From Candidatus Methanomethylicia archaeon (GTDB lineage Archaea > Thermoproteota > Methanomethylicia > Nezhaarchaeales > B40-G2): a DNA stretch of 23,779 nucleotides. The notes below the pieces were generated by a model, which was not told the DNA's origin, made no database searches, and saw nothing but the letters and a program-made list of their open reading frames with translations. Shown here piece after piece: positions 16,388-23,779 of this stretch (within the stretch, counting starts at the first letter, position 1; every line of letters starts with the position of its first letter). The stretch is taken from contig JAPDJI010000033.1 in NCBI GenBank assembly GCA_029259155.1, positions 1 to 23,779 on the forward strand, read 5' to 3'. The translations under genes and the position numbers were made by a program.

Positions 16388-16948
16388 CTAGCCGCGCAAA
16401 GAGGACAGCTTTTCATTGAGCCTAACGACAAGCTCCGCTAAGTCCTTTAACCGCTGCTCCGCTTGGCTCTTTTCATGGTTTAATTCCTCCATTCTCCTAA
16501 GTAGCTCCTCACGTTCAGCTTCTAACCTTTCTATCTTCTTCACGTGTTCAAGGTGCATTTCCCTAAGCTCTTGTATTTCAAGCTCCTCCCTCTCATCCTC
16601 TTCTCTAAGCTTCTCTAAGACTTCTTTCAACCGCCTCCTCTCTTCGCTGAGCCTAGCTATTTCTTCATTTAATCGTCCAAGCCTCTCCTTGAGGTGCAAG
16701 TTTTCATCATTAAGCTCCTCCAGCCTCTTCTGTTGAAGAGTACTTAAAGTCTCTATTTCAATAAGCCTACTTCGAAGCTCCTCGCCGCTCTTATCTAGCT
16801 CGTCTTTAATAGAGTTTACCAGGTCGAAGTCCAAGCTTATCTGACGTAGACGGCGGTTAAAGATATCGCTTAAAATAAAGAAGCTAGCCGCCAACCCACC
16901 TAGGAAGCCGGCCACTATTAAGCCAACATCTATAAGTTCTATGGCCAT
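16388..16948 (-). CDS. Membrane-anchored coiled-coil protein of unknown function
   Basis: N-terminal hydrophobic helix (LIDVGLIVAGFLGGLAASFFIL) followed by ~150 aa of E/R/L/K heptad-type sequence. Confidence 0.8.
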   Translation of the reverse strand: MAIELIDVGLIVAGFLGGLAASFFILSDIFNRRLRQISLDFDLVNSIKDELDKSGEELRSRLIEIETLSTLQQKRLEELNDENLHLKERLGRLNEEIARLSEERRRLKEVLEKLREEDEREELEIQELREMHLEHVKKIERLEAEREELLRRMEELNHEKSQAEQRLKDLAELVVRLNEKLSSLRG

Positions 16949-17014
16949 CTTCCCTTTAAGTCCTCCAGCTCAGGGAGCTTTCCTAACAACTGAGAAGTAG
17001 AGTGACTTAAAAGC

Positions 17015-18766
17015 TTATTGAGAAAACCATTTCTTTAAAAGTTCCTTGTATACTTCATCGCTCAACCTAAGCAAGCCTTCCTCTTCCTCCAAAACTCCTT
17101 TATCAACTAAGCCTTCAACCGCTTTAAGCATGCCTTTTTCCTTAACCTCCTCGAGCTTTAAAGGACTCCAGCCCTTCTCCTCCATGAATTTAAGAACCTC
17201 TACTTCCCTTGGAGACAACTTAGGCTTATATAGCCAGTAATCCACGACCCCTACGCTACGCTTAAACACCCTGTCATACCTGCTATGAAGCCTCTCTAGA
17301 GAAGCTGCAACGCTTGAAAGCTGCTTAATCTCTAGGCTAGGGGTATCAAAGACCTCAGCTGCCACTTCCTCTGTAGTAGCCCAGCGTCCTAGCGTAGAGA
17401 GGGCCTTAAGCGTAGGTACCTCAAGGCCGCTAAGTGAAGGTTTAATGCCCTCCTTCAAATGTCTAACGATGTATACTGTGAAGCCAAGTACTAGGACCGC
17501 TAAACCGGCAATCACCTCCTCCAGAGGGGTGTTTAACATGATCCAGCATCCTAGCCCAGCAGCCACTACCGGTATGATAGGTATCTCAACTCCTCTCACC
17601 TTGATGTTTAAGGGCACCTTAAAGCGGCGCTCCACGTGCCCCATTTTAAAACGCAATACGACAACCGCTAAACAAGTAGCGGTGTAGCTTAACAGGATGG
17701 TAAAGCTAGAGAATATTATGAGCTGGTTTATCGTGAACAGGTTTGAAGCCACTATGGCCGCTAAGCCCTGCACGATGATAGACACATGAGGAGTTCGGTG
17801 CTTTTCGTGTATCCTTGAGAACACCTCGGGCATGAAGCCGTCCCTAGACATAGCGAAGGCCAACCTAGTGATGCCAAGATACGTCCCCGTCTCCGAAGCA
17901 ACCATAGAGTCGAGGGCGGCAATCGTCATTAACACCGCGGCTACGGGGCCAAGAACTAAGAGGGCAGCATCAGCAATAGGTGTTTCTGACCCAGCTATGG
18001 CTGATGCACCCACGGAGCCCACGAGGGCAAGGTTAGTGGCTACGTAAATGGAGGTTATTATGGCCATTGATATCACGATGCCTAATGGTATATTACGTTC
18101 AGGATCCTTGAACTCCTCCGCCGGCATGGTTACGAGCTCAAAGCCCATGTAGGCCCAGAACACCCTCACCGTAGCTAGCCCAAGCCTATCCCATCCATGT
18201 GGAGCGAACGGCTCGAAGCGCCCCCAGTCAAAGAGGCTTAGTGACATCAGCACAAAGCCGAAGAGTATGGTCTTCTCGAACATTGACATGATGTCCTCCA
18301 TGTACCTAGTAGCCCTAATACCCCAGTAGAGCACTGCCATGATCGTTAATATGAAAAGCGTCCTAATCACGACAAGGCCTACAAAACTCAGGTCGGGGAA
18401 AAGGAACAGTACATACTGAGCTATAGCTGAAGGAAAAGTCGCTAGTGCCGCCCACTCTGCTGCCCAGTAAGCCCAACTTAAGATACATGCCACAGGCATG
18501 CCGAAGGCCACGGATTCGTAGAGATAAGGCCCTCCCGCCCTCGGGAACATGGAGCTGCACTCAGCCATGGACACCGCCATCATCATAGCCACGGCACCAG
18601 CTAGTATCCAAGCTACCAATGATGCCGGCCCAAGTTCAGACATGGCAAAGCTAGTAGCGATGTAGATGTCCGCGCCGAAGATGGTACCAGTACATAGTAA
18701 GATAGCGTCGACTAACCCAAGCTCTCTCTTAAGCCCTATCTCTTTCCTTCGCTTGGCCAGCCTCAA
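17015..18766 (-). CDS. APC-family amino acid permease with a ~140-aa soluble C-terminal extension
   Basis: LKRELGL, GTIFGADI, AE-x-x-S-x-FP-x-AGG-x-Y, WAYMGFE, AEE-x-KDPERNIP, RLAFAMSRDG-x-x-P, TPHVS. About 12 hydrophobic segments, then a charged tail. Confidence 0.92.
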   Translation of the reverse strand: MRLAKRRKEIGLKRELGLVDAILLCTGTIFGADIYIATSFAMSELGPASLVAWILAGAVAMMMAVSMAECSSMFPRAGGPYLYESVAFGMPVACILSWAYWAAEWAALATFPSAIAQYVLFLFPDLSFVGLVVIRTLFILTIMAVLYWGIRATRYMEDIMSMFEKTILFGFVLMSLSLFDWGRFEPFAPHGWDRLGLATVRVFWAYMGFELVTMPAEEFKDPERNIPLGIVISMAIITSIYVATNLALVGSVGASAIAGSETPIADAALLVLGPVAAVLMTIAALDSMVASETGTYLGITRLAFAMSRDGFMPEVFSRIHEKHRTPHVSIIVQGLAAIVASNLFTINQLIIFSSFTILLSYTATCLAVVVLRFKMGHVERRFKVPLNIKVRGVEIPIIPVVAAGLGCWIMLNTPLEEVIAGLAVLVLGFTVYIVRHLKEGIKPSLSGLEVPTLKALSTLGRWATTEEVAAEVFDTPSLEIKQLSSVAASLERLHSRYDRVFKRSVGVVDYWLYKPKLSPREVEVLKFMEEKGWSPLKLEEVKEKGMLKAVEGLVDKGVLEEEEGLLRLSDEVYKELLKKWFSQ

Positions 18767-18835
18767 CCTTCCAGCCTTCTTGGGGCTGCTCCAACACCGG
18801 GAAGTATTTATAGGTTCAGAGTTGAGTCGTCATGG

Positions 18836-19177
18836 ATGGCCAGCACGACAATATATGCAGCGGTAGTCTTCCTTGGTTTACTGGTCGTGGGCCTCGCCAT
18901 TCAGACCTTCACCATGAAGGGTGAGAGAAACGAAGCTTTAAACATCGCGCTCAACAACCCAGAGGTTCAAGACGCTTTAAAGAGCAAGGTAGATCCTATC
19001 GTGGGTAGAGGTGCCCCAGTCCCAGTAGTGGTTTACCTCGATCCAGCTTCTCCGCCCCAAACAAGGGTCTATGTAGTGGACTGGCTAAACCCTGACACTT
19101 TATTTCTAACATCGTTGGTTAAGGTCAAGGTAAGGGTGGAAGGTGAGAACTATAGCGTGGTGGAGGTGAGGGCTTAA
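18836..19177 (+). CDS. Small hypothetical protein with N-terminal transmembrane/signal helix
   Basis: 113-aa ORF with hydrophobic N-terminus, then EALNIALNNPEVQDAL and a beta-rich C-terminus. Fills the gap between two minus-strand genes; TTTATA at 18807-18812 fits a leaderless transcript. Confidence 0.72.
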   Translation: MASTTIYAAVVFLGLLVVGLAIQTFTMKGERNEALNIALNNPEVQDALKSKVDPIVGRGAPVPVVVYLDPASPPQTRVYVVDWLNPDTLFLTSLVKVKVRVEGENYSVVEVRA

Positions 19178-20151
19178 CGTAGCTCACCGCTCCTTTTATA
19201 GGTTGATAGGAAGCTCTTCAACCAGAGGATGGGCACGATGGTAGAGCCTAAAAGTAGTAGCAACAACCAATGGGTTTGAATGGATTCGGCCAACGTCGGG
19301 ATACCGAAGATCGTAGCTACGGTGTTTGGGAAGCCTATAACCGTGGCTATTATCGTCAACCATAACATGGCCACCGTAAGCTCCTTAACCGAGATGTTAA
19401 GCCTCGTGGATAGGGTGGTGGCAAATATGTTTATGATGTCTGATACCATTACGCGGTACATCTCAACCAGATCTATCTGTCGCTCAGCCTCTTCAACTAC
19501 CTGGTTAAGCTTCGTGTCGAGCTCGTTGTCTATGAAGGGTGGCGAGACGTGTCTAAGCGAATGTACGGCATCTTTAAGCTGCCATAAACCTTTACTTAAC
19601 GTAAGTAATCTACGCTTCCTCAGCAACACCTTTCTCAATACCTCTTGTCTACCTTGGCTCTCCACCACTTCATCCTCAAGTCTAGATAGCTCTCCCTCTA
19701 CGCGCTCGATAATGTCTCCGAAGTCATTCAGCAACCTATCAGCTAGCTGATAAACCGCATAGGCCATATTGCGTTTCGTATGAGGCGAAGGTATTTCCAT
19801 CTCCTCTTCCGATTCATGTACATCAAGAGGGTGCATGGATAGAAGGAAGTTATCATTAAAGATCAGCGAAAACCCTCGGTGGATAAGTATCCTAGCCTCC
19901 GTGACCGCTGGAAGCTTGAGTAAACACCACGTCCCATTGAAGACACAGCTAGGCCCCTTGCCATCAACTGCACCGGAAAGTAGGTTAATGGGAAGCCCTA
20001 TCTTTGACAGCTCACTCATTTTAGTGGAAGCTTCCTCGAATGTTAAGTCGAGCCAGCAGCGTTCAGCTCTCTTGGCTAAAGGTAAGGCTTCATCCAGCGA
20101 CTTCAGCTCAGCTGTTTTGGAGGAGCCCTCAGTAATCAAGAGCACCTTCAA
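19174..20151 (-). CDS. CorA/ZntB-family divalent cation transporter (atypical signature)
   Basis: WLDL N-domain motif, L-x-D-x-x-x-x-x-F...E-x-E-L-x-x-LED stalk helices, S-x-RLN, LTIIATVI-x-x-P-x-T-x-x-x-IFG, two C-terminal TM helices. GMN is replaced by GIP. Confidence 0.85.
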   Translation of the reverse strand: MKVLLITEGSSKTAELKSLDEALPLAKRAERCWLDLTFEEASTKMSELSKIGLPINLLSGAVDGKGPSCVFNGTWCLLKLPAVTEARILIHRGFSLIFNDNFLLSMHPLDVHESEEEMEIPSPHTKRNMAYAVYQLADRLLNDFGDIIERVEGELSRLEDEVVESQGRQEVLRKVLLRKRRLLTLSKGLWQLKDAVHSLRHVSPPFIDNELDTKLNQVVEEAERQIDLVEMYRVMVSDIINIFATTLSTRLNISVKELTVAMLWLTIIATVIGFPNTVATIFGIPTLAESIQTHWLLLLLLGSTIVPILWLKSFLSTYKRSGELR

Positions 20152-20280
20152 GCTTAACCACGCTCAGACCACATAAACGATAACTACAAAACTCTTCTCT
20201 GGAGCGAGAACTTAAAAGCCTTCAAGGAATACTGGTACCATCACACAGGCATTTTTGTGCGCCTTACTCCATAGGTTCAC

Positions 20281-20295
20281 GAAAGCTTCATATAC
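20281..20295 (+). promoter_or_regulatory. BRE/TATA candidate for the thiolase operon
   Basis: GAAAGCTTCATATAC about 50 nt upstream of the strong SD GGAGGTG (20341-20347). Confidence 0.35.
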
Positions 20296-20352
20296 TGCTA
20301 GTTAACACCCCCTTCCTACTGAATAAGGTCTTTAACTAATGGAGGTGTCTCT

Positions 20353-21546
20353 TTGCCAGGTGTCAGAGATAAGGTAGCCATCATAGGGATGGGATGTACC
20401 AAGTTCGACGAACATTGGGATAAGGACGTCAAGGACCTTATCGTGGAGGCGTGTTATGAGGCTTTTGAAGACGCTGGCATTGAGCCCAAGGACATTCAAG
20501 CCGCTTGGTGGTCCACGGTTGTAAGCGGCTTCCTAGGTCGAAGCTTAGCTTATCCATTAAAGCTGGATTATATACCTATCACTAGGATCGAGAACCGCTG
20601 TGCTAGTGGCCACGATGCGTTCATCAACGCATGCTACGCAGTAGCCTGCGGAGCCTTTGACCTAGTCTTGGTATGTGGCGCCGAGAAGTGCAAGGATGTG
20701 GGCATAGCTATCCCAGCGGTCATAGACCCAGCCGAGCCGTATTCAAGCCGAGTAGATACCCGTTTCCCGCCCCCTGCAGCCTTCGCTCAGCTAGCTATAA
20801 GGTACTTCCACCATTACGGCATACCAATAGAGGAGGGAAGGAAAATCTTAGCCAAGATCGCCGTGAAGAACCACTATAATGGCTCCCTCAATCCGAAAGC
20901 CCAGTTTCAACGCCGGATAACCGTGGAGGACGTTCTCAAGGCGCCTATCGTAGCGTACCCCTTGGGGCTCTATGACTGCTGCGGTATAACCGATGGTGCT
21001 GCTGCAGCCATAATCACTCGGGCTGACTTAGCCAAGAACTATCGAGATGACTATGTGCTAGTGAAGGGGGCAGGGATGAGCGTAGGGATGTATCAGGGAG
21101 AAATCCAAGACGACTGGAGCTTAACCTACATCGAGGAGAACGTTAGAGCATCTAGAATGGCATATAAGGAAGCAGGAATAGAAAACCCACGCAAACAGCT
21201 AGACTTAGCCATAGTCCATGACTGTTTCACCATCACGGAGCTCGTGATATATGAGGACTTCGGCTTTAGCCCGAGAGGCAAGGCGCCTGAAGACGTGGAA
21301 GCTGGAACCTTCGAGCTTAAAGGAGAGCTTCCCGTCAACACTGATGGAGGGTTGAAGTGCTTCGGGCACCCCATAGGGGCCAGTGGGCTAAGGATGATAT
21401 ATGAGGCCTACAAACAGCTTCAAGGTAAGGCCGGCCAACGCCAAGTTGAGATACGTAACCAGCTAGCCTTAACTCATACCTTAGGCGGCACTCCAGTGGA
21501 CTCGAATACTGCAGCTATAGCCATAGTGGGGCTAAGAGGTGCCTAG
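20353..21546 (+). CDS. Thiolase / acetyl-CoA acetyltransferase, SCP2-type
   Basis: VAIIGMG-x-TKF, ENRCASG (nucleophile Cys), KNH-x-NG-x-x-NPKAQ, DGAAA, VHDCF, NTDGGL-x-x-x-GHPIGASG. Confidence 0.94.
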   Translation: MPGVRDKVAIIGMGCTKFDEHWDKDVKDLIVEACYEAFEDAGIEPKDIQAAWWSTVVSGFLGRSLAYPLKLDYIPITRIENRCASGHDAFINACYAVACGAFDLVLVCGAEKCKDVGIAIPAVIDPAEPYSSRVDTRFPPPAAFAQLAIRYFHHYGIPIEEGRKILAKIAVKNHYNGSLNPKAQFQRRITVEDVLKAPIVAYPLGLYDCCGITDGAAAAIITRADLAKNYRDDYVLVKGAGMSVGMYQGEIQDDWSLTYIEENVRASRMAYKEAGIENPRKQLDLAIVHDCFTITELVIYEDFGFSPRGKAPEDVEAGTFELKGELPVNTDGGLKCFGHPIGASGLRMIYEAYKQLQGKAGQRQVEIRNQLALTHTLGGTPVDSNTAAIAIVGLRGA

Positions 21547-21548
21547 AG

Positions 21549-22952
21549 ATGGTAGGAATAACCGCTTACGGGGCCTACGTGCCCCGCTGGAGGCTAAATA
21601 GAGGATTACTTCGTAAAGGATTACCTGGAGAAAAGGCGGTAGCCGGCCCTGATGAAGACAGCTTAACCATGGGTGTGGCAGCAGCCCTCGACTGTATATC
21701 TGGAGTAGACCGAAATAGCATAGATGCCGTATTCTTCGCCTCCACGACCTCGCCTTTTAAGGAAAAGGGGGTAGCAGCAACCATAGCCACAGTCCTCGAT
21801 CTTCGCAGGGACGTGATGACCGTCGACCTCGCTACTTCCCTAAGAGCTGGAACCAGCGCCCTTAAGCTAGCAACCGACTTGGTAAAGGCAGGCTCAGCTA
21901 AACAAGTACTGGTAGTAGCCTCTGACTGTCGGCTCGGTCCACCAGGTTCACCCTTCGAGCAGACATTCGGTGATGGCGCTGCTGCCTTCCTCGTAGGCTC
22001 AGAAAAGGTCGTCGCCGAGCTCGATGAAAACTTCTTTGTCGCAGACGAGATATACGATGTTTGGAGGAGGGACGTTGACCTCTACGTGCAGACTTGGGAA
22101 GAGCGCTTCGTATATACTAGGGGCTACTTACCAGTCATCAAAGAAGCTGTGGGTGGTCTATTCAAGAAGGCAGGCGTAGAACCAAAAGACATAGCGAAGG
22201 CAGCTTTCTATGCCCCCGACCCTAGGAGAGTTATGGAATTAGCAAAGAGTGTAGGCTTAAACCCTCAAGCTCAACTTCAAGACCCTCTAATCGAGGCTGT
22301 GGGCTGCACTGGTACTGCCCATCCATTAATGCTACTCGCTGCAGCGCTTGAGGAAGCAAGCCCAGGCGCTAAATTATTGATGGCTAGCTACGGTAATGGA
22401 AGCGACGCGTTCTTGTTCACGGTAAAGGAAGGAGTCGAGGAACTCAGGGGGACGAGGAGAGGAGTTAAAGGACACTTGGAGCGCAAGAAACCTCTACCAG
22501 ATTACACCACATATCTGCGCTGGAAAGGGCTCGTAACCATGCCTGAGCGCAGAGTACCAATGGCCGTGTCCTACCCGAGCGCTGTCGCCATGTGGAGGGA
22601 GCGGAACCGCATATATCCGTTCCATGGTGTAAAGTGTAAGAACTGTGGAACAGTCCAGTATCCGCCTCAGCGAGTCTGTATTAAGTGTAAGGCAAAGGAC
22701 AACTTCGAGGAGGTCAGGCTATACGATAAGAAGGGCACACTGTTCTCCTTCTCGTTCGACTTCCTAAGAGGAATACCTATAGGCATCGTCAACCTAGAGG
22801 GCGGAGGCAGAGTCTTCCTAGAGCTCGCCGACGTGGACGTCAGAGAGCTAAAAGTAGGCATGGAGATGGAGTTCACCTTCAGGAAGCTTGACCTATGGCG
22901 CAGCGACGGCATCTACGGCTACTTCTGGAAGGCCACTCCTGTCACTGCTTAA
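21549..22952 (+). CDS. HMG-CoA-synthase-like domain fused to a DUF35 Zn-ribbon/OB-fold domain (thiolase accessory)
   Basis: GITAYGAYVPRWRL, DEDSLTMG, GDGAAA, SYG-x-GSDA (HMGS fold); C-terminal KCKNCG...PPQRVCIKC and L-x-VGM-x-x-x-x-TFRK, YFWKA (DUF35). Confidence 0.9.
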   Translation: MVGITAYGAYVPRWRLNRGLLRKGLPGEKAVAGPDEDSLTMGVAAALDCISGVDRNSIDAVFFASTTSPFKEKGVAATIATVLDLRRDVMTVDLATSLRAGTSALKLATDLVKAGSAKQVLVVASDCRLGPPGSPFEQTFGDGAAAFLVGSEKVVAELDENFFVADEIYDVWRRDVDLYVQTWEERFVYTRGYLPVIKEAVGGLFKKAGVEPKDIAKAAFYAPDPRRVMELAKSVGLNPQAQLQDPLIEAVGCTGTAHPLMLLAAALEEASPGAKLLMASYGNGSDAFLFTVKEGVEELRGTRRGVKGHLERKKPLPDYTTYLRWKGLVTMPERRVPMAVSYPSAVAMWRERNRIYPFHGVKCKNCGTVQYPPQRVCIKCKAKDNFEEVRLYDKKGTLFSFSFDFLRGIPIGIVNLEGGGRVFLELADVDVRELKVGMEMEFTFRKLDLWRSDGIYGYFWKATPVTA

Positions 22953-22960
22953 CCTTAAAC

Positions 22961-22975
22961 CCCCCTGTTTTTGTT
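22961..22975 (+). terminator. Pyrimidine/T-rich terminator candidate after the thiolase operon
   Basis: CCCCCTGTTTTTGTT shortly after the TAA at 22952. Confidence 0.45.
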
Positions 22976-23268
22976 GAAATAGACCTCAAGCTCGATAACC
23001 TCATACTTACGCTTGGAGAATTCTACCGCTATTGGCATTAAGGAAAGTTCTTCTCCTATAGGTATTCGGTAAGCTTTAGCATAGTTAGCGTATCACGCGA
23101 CCGCCATGATCATCATAACCAATAAGGAGAAGAGGTCATAGTTGAGGTCTCTTCAACAGCAATTATTTACATGGCCCCACATTTGTCAGCCTGCTAAGGC
23201 TTTCCTTCATCGTTAATGATTAATTCAACACTTCACCTCTCAGTGAGTCATCTTAGAGAAAACCCTCT

Positions 23269-23779
23269 TCACTGTCCTGCGGCTCTTATTATGACCTCGG
23301 CTCCGTAGGGATTCACCAGCACCCCAGCATTACTCATCCTACTCTTCAATCTCCTTAAAGCATCTTCGATAGACGGTGCATACCTAAACCCTAAAGCTTC
23401 TACCTCACGTTCATCCATACTGTCCGTCACCACGACCAATTCTTTTCCTTCTAGGTCCATCCTCAACTTAAGATATATGAGGCCGAAGACATAGTCGGGA
23501 AGCAGCCCTTCCTCTACTACCTTACGCAGCTCGCCTAAGGTAAGTTCATGTAGGCGGTAACGCTTAATTACGTCGGCTTTCTCTATAGGCATGCCTTCAT
23601 AACAGGGCGATGCCAGGATTACCGCTCCACCTTTCCTTACAGCATGGCAGACTGAGAACACGCCTTTCCAGGCCTGGTAGAAGTTTATGTCTGCTGGATA
23701 GCTCGTAGTGATAGCTACGTCGACAGGCTTCGTTAAGTTGTACATATAATGCCTTGTATGTTCTGCAGCTCCTTTTCTA
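23269..23779 (-). CDS. larA: LarA-family nickel-pincer racemase/epimerase, C-terminal part (5' end outside the window)
   Basis: DVAITTSYPADINFYQAWKG...VRKGG-x-VILASPCYEG...V-x-x-x-PYG matches the LarA C-domain. The frame stays open upstream of the ATG at 23745 to the window edge (RKGAAEHTRHY), so that ATG is internal. Confidence 0.85.
   Translation of the reverse strand, partial: RKGAAEHTRHYMYNLTKPVDVAITTSYPADINFYQAWKGVFSVCHAVRKGGAVILASPCYEGMPIEKADVIKRYRLHELTLGELRKVVEEGLLPDYVFGLIYLKLRMDLEGKELVVVTDSMDEREVEALGFRYAPSIEDALRRLKSRMSNAGVLVNPYGAEVIIRAAGQ

Noticed and set aside
21549-22952. Mevalonate-pathway HMG-CoA synthase call
   Set aside because: Catalytic Cys, Glu and His positions are all substituted.
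22973-23002. GTTGAAATAGACC start resembles an archaeal CRISPR repeat
   Set aside because: No direct repeat copies and no GAAA(C/G) end.

Overview
Gene-dense archaeal chromosomal window. Archaeal markers are the PpcA-type PEP carboxylase, a PDCD5-like protein, a LipS1-type lipoyl synthase, a thiolase with HMGS-DUF35 partner, GGAGGTG/GAGGTGA Shine-Dalgarno (SD) sites, TATA boxes and oligo-T terminators. A thermophilic TACK-type lineage is an inference only. Gene order: partial marC(-); a 13-codon micro-ORF with its own TATA and SD; yjbQ-moaE-sufS-nitrilase operon; ppcA; enoyl-CoA hydratase; two GcvH-like lipoyl carriers flanking lipS1; a GlcD-ferredoxin fusion plus a two-CCG-domain protein; PDCD5-like gene with an apparent ACG start; ChlI/MoxR-like AAA+ ATPase plus VWA protein; multidomain PAPS-reductase-family protein; membrane-anchored coiled coil; APC permease with a tandem winged-helix-like tail; small membrane protein; CorA lacking GMN; SCP2-type thiolase plus catalytically dead HMGS-DUF35 fusion; 3' part of a LarA-family racemase. 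No rRNA, tRNA, CRISPR array or transposase was seen. The best candidate for an undescribed system is the lipoyl-carrier/LipS1/GlcD-CCG cluster (6598-11136), a possible 2-hydroxyacid:lipoyl-protein redox module. All family calls come from motif recognition by eye, with no database search.
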